In this document: in pieces, positions 25,280-34,440 of the stretch | Layout of the letters: every line of letters begins with the position of its first letter | Position numbering within the stretch: position 1 is the first letter of the stretch | UHGV virus genome: UHGV-0205279 | From: a virus | Length of the DNA: 45,942 nucleotides | Reading direction: 5' to 3' (one strand) | The notes under the pieces: model-generated | Told to the model about the DNA's origin: nothing | The model's database searches: none | What the model saw: the letters and a program-made list of their open reading frames with translations, nothing else | Translations under genes and position numbers: made by a program

Positions 25280-25909
25280 ATGGCAGGATTTTTAGATTTT
25301 AACCCAGATAACGTAAATTATCAAACTGAAAATAAACCACTTCCAGCAGGAACCTATGAAATGATTATCAAGTCAGTGGAAGTTAAAGCTACTAAAGGTA
25401 CCAATCCTCACGAATACTTAAACTTTGATTTAGTGGTTCGAAAAGACCTAGATCAAGTAGCTGAGCTTTCTGAAACTAATGCTAAACAACATGGACGTCA
25501 TATTTTTGTATCTGTTTGGACTTTGAAAGATAATTCTGGCAATGACAGTGGCAAGTATGACCCTAAAGTACTTAATCATATTGCAAAAGTTGCAGGTGTT
25601 CCAACAACAAACTTTAAGTCAATTGAAGAGTATATGAATGCTTTATTCAATAAGCCAGTCCGTACATCTGTTACTGTTCGTGAAGATGAATATCAAGGTA
25701 AAAAAACAAAACGTAACGAATCAACTCCAATTTACTTTAAACCGGGTAATGACAAGCCTTCATACATTGGTTGGTACAAGACTAAGTACAAACTTCAAGC
25801 GGGTGTTGCTCAACAATTAGCAGATAGCAATCCAGCAACTAAGGGTGGTCAAGATCCTTTTGCTGAAACTAAGGGCGCAACCGTAACAGATAACGATTTA
25901 CCATTTTAG
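25280..25909 (+). CDS. Single-stranded DNA-binding protein (DUF669-like)
   Basis: LPAGTYEMIIKSVE N-terminus; acidic DNDLPF tail. Confidence 0.85.
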   Translation: MAGFLDFNPDNVNYQTENKPLPAGTYEMIIKSVEVKATKGTNPHEYLNFDLVVRKDLDQVAELSETNAKQHGRHIFVSVWTLKDNSGNDSGKYDPKVLNHIAKVAGVPTTNFKSIEEYMNALFNKPVRTSVTVREDEYQGKKTKRNESTPIYFKPGNDKPSYIGWYKTKYKLQAGVAQQLADSNPATKGGQDPFAETKGATVTDNDLPF

Positions 25910-25919
25910 GAGTTAGCGA

Positions 25920-26156
25920 ATGATTAAATTAATGTTGATACTTTGGTATCTATTTGTTGGAGTAATTTGGCTAAGCTTTGCATATATGACCTTTGAAGAC
26001 ATAATTTTTCCAAAATATCCGGACCGCGTTTACAAAAAAGATGTAATCCAAAGCTGTATTGATACATTAGTTGCGGCATCTATAGCTTTAATTATTGCAC
26101 TTTTACCCAATTTCATTGGTGCAGTAATCCAATTGATTGTCAGCTTATTTCGTTAA
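25920..26156 (+). CDS. Two-TM hypothetical protein
   Basis: AGGAG RBS; two hydrophobic segments. Confidence 0.7.
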   Translation: MIKLMLILWYLFVGVIWLSFAYMTFEDIIFPKYPDRVYKKDVIQSCIDTLVAASIALIIALLPNFIGAVIQLIVSLFR

Positions 26157-26170
26157 GTAAGGTGGTGTAG

Positions 26171-28513
26171 ATGGAGAAATTTACTTACAACAACATCCCA
26201 AAAGAGTTGCGAAAGCTCCAGCAATGGGGATTATTTGAACTTAAATGGGTTCCAGAAAGAAATAAAAATACTAAAATTCCGATCAACCCTTATGATGGAT
26301 CAGCTGGAAAATCTAATGATCCAAGTACATGGTCAGATTTTGATACGGCAGTTCGGGCACTAAAGGAGGTTGAACGAGCGTCCGGGCTCGCCTTCTACTT
26401 TGCTAATGGATATGTCGGACTAGATATTGACCATATCGACAGCAACTTAGAAGACTGGAGACGGGGAGACCATGACCTGAATAATTTAGTTAATAAATTT
26501 CAGACATTGACTAACAAGACATACATGGAAGTCAGCCAATCTGGTACTGGAATTCATGCCATCTTTAAAGGCAAAATTCCTGGTAAAAGACGACGCAAAG
26601 GCAACTATGAGATGTATCAAACGGGGCGATTTTTCGCTCTTACTGGCAATACAATCATCCCTGATCCTGAAATTCAATCTTTATCAAAAGACCAAATGAA
26701 AAGGTTGTATGAATTCCTTTTTGGTAAAGATAAAGTTATCCAATTGCATCCCAGTGCGGACAACATCACACCAGTGGACTTATCGGTTACAGAGATCATC
26801 AAAAAGGCTGAAAATTCAACCAAGACTGGAAAAAGGTTCACTATGTTCATGCAAGGTGGGTGGGAGCAATTTTACGATTCACACTCAGAAGCTGATTTAG
26901 CATTTGCTAATGATTTAGCGTTCTGGTGTGGTCGAGACTTCCACAAGATGGATACAATCTTTCGTAATTCTAGCTTAATGCGTGAAAAATACGATGAAAA
27001 GCATGGTGCTGTAACTTACGGAACATCGCTTTTAAATAAGGCTATCAATGACACACAAAACATCTACAGTCCTGAAAGTGACAATCAGGATTCTGAATCT
27101 TCCTATCAGTTTTCTTTCAATGAAGACAAAACTAAGAAGTTCATACCTCGTTCCTGGGACGATCAAGGTAGAGGGCTTAGAATGCGCGATCAATTTTCTA
27201 CAGTTCTTAAATATAATGCTGTCGATAAGAAGTGGTTTTTCTTCAATGGTTCTTACTGGCAAGAAGACGTAGGTAAACAAAAAACAGAGCTTGCAGCTGA
27301 ACGTGTAGTTAACTCCATTAAAACTGAAAAGCCAGAACTAAGTTTCTCAACTAAAGAAGATGCCGATAAAGCAATGAATGAGTGGTATAGATTCCAGAAA
27401 GAGTCTCGTTCACATATGGCTAAGATGCACATGATTGATGAGTTCAAGAAGTACGTGATTATCAAGCACGGAGATTTTGATAAAGACGATATGCTGCTTA
27501 ATACCGAATCTGGCTATGTTGATTTAACTTCTGGAGAGCTTAAAGACCATGACATTGATAAAAACTTTAGCCATCAAACGGTATGCGAATACTCTGACAA
27601 TGTGGACGCTCCATTATGGAACAAGTTCTTAAATCAGATCTTTAATAATGACCAAGAATTAATTCATTATGTGCAGAAAGCTATTGGCTATAGTTTTACC
27701 GGATCAACTGCTGAGCAGTGTCTATTTATCTTAAATGGGAGAGGACGCAATGGTAAATCAGTTTTCTCAAATGTAATTAGTGATCTAGCTGGCAATTATG
27801 CTAAGCAGATGAACGTTCAAACACTTGTTGCTAAGAAAATGCAGAGTGGGTCAGCTAACTCGGACGTAGCACGACTTGAAGGTGCACGAGTAGTCACTAG
27901 TTCTGAAATGAATGAGGGAGATAGATTCGATGAATCGCTAGTTAAGCAACTAACCGGTGGCGATAAGATTCTAGCTAGGTTCCTTTACGGTTCAGAATTT
28001 GAGTACAAGCCTAAATTTAAGATCTGGATGGCAACTAACCACTTGCCAATCATTAGAGGTCTTGATGATGGTATTTGGAGAAGAATTAAGATTATTCCCT
28101 TCAATGTTCAGATTCCAAAGGATAAGGTCGACAAGAACTTAGAAAGTAAGCTTAAGTCTGAATATACCGGCATACTCAATTGGGTTGTACAAGGTAGCTT
28201 AATGTGGCAAAAAGAAGGCTTAGAAGATCCAGAAGCAGTTCATAAAGTTGTTGAAGCTTATCGAGCACAAATGGATCCAATGGAAGCATTCTTAGATGAG
28301 CAATGCGTTACTGGTCCTGATTTTGAAATTAAAGCTAGAGAACTTTACGATGCCTACCATACTTGGGCTAGAAATTCTGAAGAGTACAAGATGAGCATGA
28401 CAAAATTTGGTAGAGAAATGGGTAAAAAGCTTGTCAAAGTACATAAAAGAGACGGCTGGTATTATGTTGGATTGAAGTTGAGAGAGGAAAATTCAACGTT
28501 TGCTTTCAATTAA
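26171..28513 (+). CDS. Primase-helicase (prim-pol N-domain plus P4/D5-type SF3 helicase)
   Basis: GLDIDH, EVSQSGTGIH, GRGRNGKS, KQLTGGD, ATNHLP. Confidence 0.93.
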   Translation: MEKFTYNNIPKELRKLQQWGLFELKWVPERNKNTKIPINPYDGSAGKSNDPSTWSDFDTAVRALKEVERASGLAFYFANGYVGLDIDHIDSNLEDWRRGDHDLNNLVNKFQTLTNKTYMEVSQSGTGIHAIFKGKIPGKRRRKGNYEMYQTGRFFALTGNTIIPDPEIQSLSKDQMKRLYEFLFGKDKVIQLHPSADNITPVDLSVTEIIKKAENSTKTGKRFTMFMQGGWEQFYDSHSEADLAFANDLAFWCGRDFHKMDTIFRNSSLMREKYDEKHGAVTYGTSLLNKAINDTQNIYSPESDNQDSESSYQFSFNEDKTKKFIPRSWDDQGRGLRMRDQFSTVLKYNAVDKKWFFFNGSYWQEDVGKQKTELAAERVVNSIKTEKPELSFSTKEDADKAMNEWYRFQKESRSHMAKMHMIDEFKKYVIIKHGDFDKDDMLLNTESGYVDLTSGELKDHDIDKNFSHQTVCEYSDNVDAPLWNKFLNQIFNNDQELIHYVQKAIGYSFTGSTAEQCLFILNGRGRNGKSVFSNVISDLAGNYAKQMNVQTLVAKKMQSGSANSDVARLEGARVVTSSEMNEGDRFDESLVKQLTGGDKILARFLYGSEFEYKPKFKIWMATNHLPIIRGLDDGIWRRIKIIPFNVQIPKDKVDKNLESKLKSEYTGILNWVVQGSLMWQKEGLEDPEAVHKVVEAYRAQMDPMEAFLDEQCVTGPDFEIKARELYDAYHTWARNSEEYKMSMTKFGREMGKKLVKVHKRDGWYYVGLKLREENSTFAFN

Positions 28514-28517
28514 GTAT

Positions 28518-28768
28518 GTGTGACAGGTGGAGACGGGTTTGTTACGGGTTGATAAGTGCCGCCAAGCTTAGAGCCACAAGGATTGTGATGAGTTTGCCAA
28601 GTGTGACTGGATAAAAAAAGACCTTTTATTATATTTATTTTTTTATTTTATAATTTTATTTTTTAGTAAATAAACTAGTAATACTTGTCACAGCCTTACA
28701 GCCCGTAAGATTAAAACCCGTCATAAATTCGTCACGAACTAGTCACTTTTTTAGCCAACCCGTCACAT
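28518..28768. repeat. Replication origin: convergent GTGACGGGTT-like iterons around an AT-rich core
   Basis: Rightward copies at 28520, 28530, 28541, 28585, 28603; inverted copies at 28682, 28715, 28726, 28737, 28757; AT-rich 28611-28683. Confidence 0.8.
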
Positions 28769-28838
28769 TTTATGAGTAGATTCGAATATTGGTTCGAATC
28801 AGTTAACGATAGTGTTGTGCAAAAATAGGAAGATAAAA

Positions 28839-29228
28839 ATGAAAAATAGAATAAAGCAGTTAAGAAGAGAACATGGATTAAAGCAAAGCGAACTTGCGGA
28901 AGAGTTTAATAATTTTATTTGGCAGAATCGATTAAAAATAAAACCAATAAATTTTTCTGTTATATCTAAATGGGAAACTGAAAAAAGCCATCCAACTAAA
29001 GCAACATATAAAGCCTTAGCCAACCTTTTCGACGTTTCAGTTCCATATTTAAAAGGTGCGTTAGCTTACGACGACTTAACGCCAGAAGAAAAGAAGCTGG
29101 AAGATAGACTAAGCAGAGCAATTAATAATGCAATAGCTGATGAACTTAAATATTCAAGCTTATCAAACAAAGAAAACAGGCGTGCAACAAAAATAGCTTT
29201 GCAAGATGCTTCAGCTTATTACGCATAG
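28839..29228 (+). CDS. XRE-family HTH regulator
   Basis: MKNRIKQLRREHGLKQSELA...ISKWE...LANLFDVSVPYLKG. Confidence 0.85.
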   Translation: MKNRIKQLRREHGLKQSELAEEFNNFIWQNRLKIKPINFSVISKWETEKSHPTKATYKALANLFDVSVPYLKGALAYDDLTPEEKKLEDRLSRAINNAIADELKYSSLSNKENRRATKIALQDASAYYA

Positions 29229-29246
29229 AACTGTTGAGGATAAGCA

Positions 29247-29504
29247 ATGGAAGTTATAGATAAGACAAAAAATAAACAAAAAGAGCAATGGCAATTGGGT
29301 GATGTGTTAAAGAGTAATGATGGAGATATAGGAATGATTATCAAAGATAATTATAATAACTACACAATCATTGATTTTAAGGGAGACATGATGGGATTTG
29401 GACCATTTAGTATTTATGAACTTGGTGGACATGATACTATTTCTAACTTGCAAAAAGAATACCCAAATTATCACAAAGTAAACGCAAAGCTGGTGATTGA
29501 ATGA
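29247..29504 (+). CDS. Hypothetical protein
   Basis: GAGG RBS. Confidence 0.7.
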   Translation: MEVIDKTKNKQKEQWQLGDVLKSNDGDIGMIIKDNYNNYTIIDFKGDMMGFGPFSIYELGGHDTISNLQKEYPNYHKVNAKLVIE

Positions 29505-29647
29505 TGGATATATTTAAATGTGAAAATTGTAGTTGCTTGATGATACTAAATATCTGCAATCTTGCTGAATATTTGGATAGAGGAACAGTTAGTTGCCCTT
29601 ATTGCGGAGCAAATTCAGAATACTTAAATAAATTGGAGAATAATTAA
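29501..29647 (+). CDS. 48-aa zinc-ribbon protein
   Basis: CENC...CPYC; ATGA and TAATG overlaps with neighbours. Confidence 0.65.
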   Translation: MMDIFKCENCSCLMILNICNLAEYLDRGTVSCPYCGANSEYLNKLENN

Positions 29648-29886
29648 TGCTAGCAACAAAAGAAAAGTGTGAGTATTGTACTTTTAAGGGCGATTATGGC
29701 AAGTCTTTTATTATCAATTTAGGTTTTGCGGAAGAAGAACTAACCATAACAACTCATTGTCATAACAGGTATTGGCTATATATTGTCGTTAATGATACAG
29801 CAGATCCTATTAATGGTATTCAAGAGCGATTTTCAAATCCAATTAATTATTGCCCCATGTGTGGACGGAGGTTAAGGAATGACTAA
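29647..29886 (+). CDS. Zinc-ribbon protein
   Basis: CEYC...INYCPMCGRRL. Confidence 0.75.
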   Translation: MLATKEKCEYCTFKGDYGKSFIINLGFAEEELTITTHCHNRYWLYIVVNDTADPINGIQERFSNPINYCPMCGRRLRND

Positions 29887-30012
29887 AAAACAGCAACAAT
29901 GCCCATATTGCCAGATGATTACACCGAGGAAGAGATTGAACGAGAAGTGAAAGAGGTAGCTTTGGAACACTTTGGTTGGAGCTATGAAATTTTAACTGAG
30001 GAGAAAAAATAA
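29879..30012 (+). pseudogene. Chimeric remnant of two genes (deletion scar)
   Basis: MTKKQQQCPYC start is out of frame with an LPDDYTEEEIEREVKEVALEHFGWSYEI tail whose stop overlaps ATG 30012. Confidence 0.5.
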
Positions 30013-30305
30013 TGTTTTTAAATGGCAAAGATTGGAAATGTCCTAAATGTAAAACTGAAAATTATATTGGAGATAGTGTAAATGATGTGGCTACATCAAA
30101 AAGTTTAGAATATCTTGAAAATTATAATATTGAAGTACCATTTATTTGCGATAAGTGTGGTTTTAAAGAAGTATTATTAGTTGCGTATGACTTGGCTAAA
30201 AGTCGTTACGAAGTAGATTATGAAGATACAGCATTTTGTAATAAAGACACAAAATGGAGAGATAAGTTACTCAAAGAAGCTGGATTAATCACGGGAAATA
30301 AATAA
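30012..30305 (+). CDS. Zinc-ribbon protein
   Basis: CPKC...CDKC. Confidence 0.75.
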   Translation: MFLNGKDWKCPKCKTENYIGDSVNDVATSKSLEYLENYNIEVPFICDKCGFKEVLLVAYDLAKSRYEVDYEDTAFCNKDTKWRDKLLKEAGLITGNK

Positions 30306-30475
30306 TGAAAGTTAAAACAATTGTAAATTGGCAGGAAGATTGGTTTGATGATGAAATTAATGAATTTATTCAACATAAACATATTGTTGATATAAAATTC
30401 AGTGTTTTATCTGATTCGAATAATGATAATTATATATTCAGCGCTCTAATCACATATGAAGAAGTAGGTATTTAA
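30305..30475 (+). CDS. 56-aa Cse60/DUF2758-like protein
   Basis: MKVKTI...DEINEFI...IVDIKFS...FSALITYEE; TAATG overlap. Confidence 0.7.
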   Translation: MKVKTIVNWQEDWFDDEINEFIQHKHIVDIKFSVLSDSNNDNYIFSALITYEEVGI

Positions 30476-30548
30476 CTATGCCTGATTGGATTTTTGTAGC
30501 AGCATTCTTAGTTCTGCTAGCAATAATAATTTTAATAGTAGGGAGTAT

Positions 30549-30776
30549 ATGAAAATGACAGACAATACAAATAAGCAATTAAAAGGCAATCAATTATCAT
30601 TTGATGCAGGTATTAAAAATTTTAAAGCAGATGGTAGTGATGTTGTAATTACACTGGTTGCTGACTCTAAGAAAATGAATTTGAACACGCTTAATGAGAT
30701 TGCATAAAATAAATTAACAGTTGACTTTACTAGTGTTCAGACTGAACTATTACCAAAGAAGATTGAGGAAAAATAA
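30549..30776 (+). pseudogene. Small gene interrupted by an in-frame TAA at 30705-30707
   Basis: The frame continues NKLTVDFTSVQTELLPKKIEEK to a stop overlapping ATG 30776. Confidence 0.55.
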
Positions 30777-31093
30777 TGTACGCATTAAGAAAATTAAGCA
30801 ACGAAGAAAAACTAAAGTACGAATTGAAAAAGACGATAGAAAGTGAATACTCTGGCTTAGATATCTCAATTAATAATTTAAGTCTTGGAGTTAAAGGGTT
30901 CTATCCTGGTAGAACTGTCTTTAATTTAGAGATTGATACTCGTATCACAGAGCCTGTAGATATTATTAACTTAACCAATATGCCTATTAAAACATCGACT
31001 ATTAAGCAACTTAAGGAAGATCAAAAGAAGTATGGCTACAAACAATTGACTACTATGGTTGCTGATATATTGGAGAAACATTATGAAGATTAG
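30776..31093 (+). CDS. Hypothetical protein
   Basis: GAGG RBS. Confidence 0.7.
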   Translation: MYALRKLSNEEKLKYELKKTIESEYSGLDISINNLSLGVKGFYPGRTVFNLEIDTRITEPVDIINLTNMPIKTSTIKQLKEDQKKYGYKQLTTMVADILEKHYED

Positions 31094-31370
31094 ATCAATG
31101 ATTTTTTTTAAAAGGTTTTCTCAAGACGAAATGACAGTTTTGTGTAGTCCTGACGAAATGAATGATATAAAACTAACGCAATATTCTAATCCTTTAATGC
31201 CTATTAGAACTTATGTAGGATTAACAGATGAACCATACGAACCTGACTTTACTTATGGCTCTAATTCTTATGTGGTTAGTCAGAAACCGATTGATACTCG
31301 TCTTTTTTATATTCCGACTAAAGATATTACGCTTATTCAGGAGGCTGACATTGATTTGGACGATCATTAA
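31083..31370 (+). CDS. Hypothetical protein
   Basis: GGAG RBS before ATG 31083. Confidence 0.65.
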   Translation: MKIRSMIFFKRFSQDEMTVLCSPDEMNDIKLTQYSNPLMPIRTYVGLTDEPYEPDFTYGSNSYVVSQKPIDTRLFYIPTKDITLIQEADIDLDDH

Positions 31371-31608
31371 CACAATTGGACCTTTGACGGTCATTGTACT
31401 TTGCCTTTATAACAATTATTTGCAAAAGAAATCGCAACGTCTCAGCAAGCAAGCTTTACGTGAAATTGATGAGTATTATAAGACAATTTCTAGAACTATT
31501 GATGCACAAACTAATTTCAACAATTCAGTAGTTGATAACTTTGAACGCCATGAGGAAGCTATGCGAATTATTGTTAATTATATTAAAGCTGGTGAAAATA
31601 ATGTCTAA
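31351..31608 (+). CDS. Membrane-anchored coiled-coil hypothetical protein
   Basis: AGGAGG before TTG 31351; N-terminal hydrophobic segment. Confidence 0.6.
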   Translation: MIWTIINTIGPLTVIVLCLYNNYLQKKSQRLSKQALREIDEYYKTISRTIDAQTNFNNSVVDNFERHEEAMRIIVNYIKAGENNV

Positions 31609-31963
31609 ATCTGAGCATAGTATTCAATCAAAGATACAAGTTGAATTATCTAAGCATGGTTGTACAGTATTCCGTGCTAACGTTGGAAAGATGAGAACAC
31701 CAGATGGGCGTTTCTTTTCTACTGGATTACCTTCTGGTTTTCCCGACTTGTCCGGTTTTAGATGGATTGATGGCAAAGCTTTCTATATTGAAGTTAAGAA
31801 TGCAACTGGTAAACCAAGAGAAGATCAGATACGTTTTCATCACATGCTTACGTCACACAATATAATTCATGGAATTGCGCGATCGGTTGATGATGCTCGA
31901 ATGATTATTAATGGCGGTTTAGTAGGATACGGCTTTAGTGACTATGAAGGAGGGATTGCATGA
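31601..31963 (+). CDS. VRR-NUC domain nuclease
   Basis: SEHSIQ...GFPDL...YIEVK...GKPREDQ. Confidence 0.9.
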   Translation: MSKSEHSIQSKIQVELSKHGCTVFRANVGKMRTPDGRFFSTGLPSGFPDLSGFRWIDGKAFYIEVKNATGKPREDQIRFHHMLTSHNIIHGIARSVDDARMIINGGLVGYGFSDYEGGIA

Positions 31964-32451
31964 CACTTTCTACTGAGTTTTATGATTATTTACATGAATT
32001 AGAAAAAGGTGGATCAATTAATCGTTTTGATATGGATAGCCCAGAGCTTACTAAGCTTCATGAGCTGGCTTCTGGAACGTTTGAAGATAGACGAGCTAAT
32101 TGTATTAAGCTTCTTGAGCGAGGATTTGATAAGTGGGAAATCTCTGCTGAAACAGAGTTTGCAGCGTCAGTTATTGAAATTTTTCGTAGAGAAGCAAGAA
32201 TTCCGATTGTGCCTCACTATAATTATTTAATTGATGGCAAGTTCTATACAGATTTAAATGCACTACGAAAAGCGTTTAAGATTCCTACAACTGCTTTAGC
32301 AATTGACTATCTTTGCGATAGACGACACAAGGCGTATCATCTTAAAAGATTCCATTGGGAACAGATACCGTTAGGTTCACACATGATCGATGGGCACGGT
32401 ACAGAACGAGTTAAAGATTCTTATGATATCAGGACTTACAAGCAATTTTAG
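31960..32451 (+). CDS. Hypothetical protein
   Basis: GGAGG RBS; ATGA overlap. Confidence 0.7.
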   Translation: MTLSTEFYDYLHELEKGGSINRFDMDSPELTKLHELASGTFEDRRANCIKLLERGFDKWEISAETEFAASVIEIFRREARIPIVPHYNYLIDGKFYTDLNALRKAFKIPTTALAIDYLCDRRHKAYHLKRFHWEQIPLGSHMIDGHGTERVKDSYDIRTYKQF

Positions 32452-32543
32452 TCTACTTATATCCATACCTTTTAGTTATTTTATGTATTAAAATATAGAA
32501 GTAAAGTATCATGAAATAAGTTAAATTATTGAGGAGTGGGAAT

Positions 32544-33029
32544 GTGAGTTTATTATTTAGAGAATTAGATTGCGATAAGACGTGCGATAGAGTTGATGAA
32601 TTCTTAACTGATGATTTAGAAAGATTAATTCTAATGGCTGGTCGTAATCTTACTGACTTACGTTCTCCTAGCTTATCTCTAGCACCTGGTCATTCCAGTG
32701 GAACTAATCATGCAGAAGTAAATATCATTCGTGGTCTTAACGCTGAGGCAGAGGTAAGAGCAATCCATCACACAATCTATCATCTGCCTGAAATGTCAAA
32801 AATAATAATGCGAGATCTTTATATCTATCAGATGGAAAGCTGGCAAGTAGCTGATGCAATACGATATGGTCATACGCAATTCAATACTCTAAAGAGAAGA
32901 GCGCAATTATTCTTTGCTGACAGTTTCGATCACTGGCAAAGATATATGGCTTGTCAACCGATCATTGATTTACACGAATATAAACAACCGGAATTAGACC
33001 GGAACAGTAGTGGCGAAAAGGCGGAATAA
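32544..33029 (+). CDS. ArpU-family late transcriptional activator
   Basis: D..KT...V..FL, LRSPSL and KRRAQLFFAD motifs; last gene before the packaging module. Confidence 0.85.
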   Translation: MSLLFRELDCDKTCDRVDEFLTDDLERLILMAGRNLTDLRSPSLSLAPGHSSGTNHAEVNIIRGLNAEAEVRAIHHTIYHLPEMSKIIMRDLYIYQMESWQVADAIRYGHTQFNTLKRRAQLFFADSFDHWQRYMACQPIIDLHEYKQPELDRNSSGEKAE

Positions 33030-33070
33030 TAGCGAGGGTTAACCGGCTGGAATATAAGGTATAGTAGTAT
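32986..33070 (+). promoter_or_regulatory. Putative late promoter with 11-bp-phased activator repeats
   Basis: (A/G)ACCGGAA-like boxes at 32986, 32997, 33019 and 33041; -10-like TATAGT/TAGTAT at 33060-33070; no good -35. Confidence 0.55.
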
Positions 33071-33246
33071 TGTGAGTTAAATCAGAATAGATATAGAACT
33101 CATATTTACTAAACTTCTTTAATTTAACAGACTGGTAGTGGTTCAATTCCACTATCAGCCATATAGATATCGCAGGTAAGCATCAATGTTTTTATATAGT
33201 TATTAGGTCATATAATTTACGAATATTCGCTAGCGATATCTACTTG

Positions 33247-33286
33247 AAAGAGTTTGCTTATGGAAACGGCAAGCTCTTTTTCTTTT
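33247..33286 (+). terminator. Terminator-like hairpin in the late leader
   Basis: AAAGAGTTTGC...GCAAGCTCTTT followed by a T-rich tail. Confidence 0.55.
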
Positions 33287-33314
33287 GTTCTAAATATCGT
33301 ATGGAGGTAATATC

Positions 33315-33827
33315 ATGCCAAGAGTTAGACGTTGCAAGTATCAAGGGTGTCATGCCTTTGCTATGCTGCCTAATTACTATTGTGCTAAACATATTGAACA
33401 CGAAGCAGAGTACCGAGCAGAGCGTGAAAAGTATCGTAAGCGTCAATCATCACGAGCTACAACTTGGCACTACAATCATGTCACTCGCTATCGCAACTCT
33501 GTTAAGTCAGAGCAAAATAAGTTCTATCACTCTCGTGAGTGGCAGTCGCTCCGTGCTCTCGTTCTTCAACGCGATTTCAATCTGTGCAAATACTGTCGAA
33601 TAAATCCTGGAAACATTGTCGATCACATTGTTCCTATTGAATGGGATCAAAACAAGATGAAGAATATAGACAATCTAGTAACATGTTGTAGGGACTGTCA
33701 CGCTAAGAAAACTCGCTGGGAGCAAGATTACTATGGCACTGGTCTACATAATTCTTTGAAAGATGTACCAGCCATTACGGATACCAAATTAATTAATAAA
33801 TTGATGAATGCGCGAGATGGCAAATAA
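33315..33827 (+). CDS. Terminase-associated HNH endonuclease
   Basis: FYHSREW...CKYC...VDHIVP...NLVTCCRDCH; upstream of terS. Confidence 0.92.
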   Translation: MPRVRRCKYQGCHAFAMLPNYYCAKHIEHEAEYRAEREKYRKRQSSRATTWHYNHVTRYRNSVKSEQNKFYHSREWQSLRALVLQRDFNLCKYCRINPGNIVDHIVPIEWDQNKMKNIDNLVTCCRDCHAKKTRWEQDYYGTGLHNSLKDVPAITDTKLINKLMNARDGK

Positions 33828-33889
33828 CTGCGATCTGAGACGATTTAATTTTTAATGAGTAATCATACTCGATTGAATTTTAAATTGAA

Positions 33890-33950
33890 TTTAGCCCCGC
33901 CGTATGTCATCTAGGCACGAGCCGCACCATAGCCGTCATCTTGCGTGAAA
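33890..33950. other. Probable cos region
   Basis: GC-rich island (AGCCCCGCCG...GGCACGAGCCGCACC) in AT-rich DNA between HNH and terS; exact ends cannot be determined here. Confidence 0.6.
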
Positions 33951-33990
33951 TATTAAATTTTGAAACTTTTTGAAAGCGGGGTGAAACCTA

Positions 33991-34440
33991 ATGAACGTTG
34001 ACTTAACTAAACCAAAAGTTCCAACGCAAGCGCCGAAATGGCTGGGAACTTACGGCAAATATTTGTGGCCCAAATTGACCGCATATTTGAATAAAAGCAA
34101 TAAGATTATTCGTGCAGACGAGTATTTAATTCAGCAATATTGTTCTGCATATGATATTTACAGACAGGCTTATGAAGATTTACAAAAAAATGGCATTCAG
34201 CAAAAGGTTTATAAAACTTCTCTCTCTCCTGTAGATGGTTCAGTGGTCAGTCGTGATTTTCAGGGTTTCAAGAAAAATCCTGCTTACAATATGATGTCTG
34301 ATTCTTTAGGAAGACTTAATACAATTGGTAAACAACTGGGTCTAATTCCACAAGCTAGAAATAAGCTTATGGAACTTTCAGAGCCAGACACAGAAAAGAA
34401 ATCAGTTGCTGAATCAATGAAGGAGTTCTTTAAATCATGA
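33991..34440 (+). CDS. terS: Terminase small subunit (P27 family)
   Basis: APKWL...YCSAY...KKNPA...LGLIPQAR. Confidence 0.92.
   Translation: MNVDLTKPKVPTQAPKWLGTYGKYLWPKLTAYLNKSNKIIRADEYLIQQYCSAYDIYRQAYEDLQKNGIQQKVYKTSLSPVDGSVVSRDFQGFKKNPAYNMMSDSLGRLNTIGKQLGLIPQARNKLMELSEPDTEKKSVAESMKEFFKS

Noticed and set aside
33130..33161. Full tRNA gene
   Set aside because: Only an acceptor/T-arm-like hairpin; no D or anticodon arm.
33244..33603. 119-aa plus-strand and 62-aa minus-strand ORFs
   Set aside because: Overlap the HNH gene, which has the RBS and motifs.
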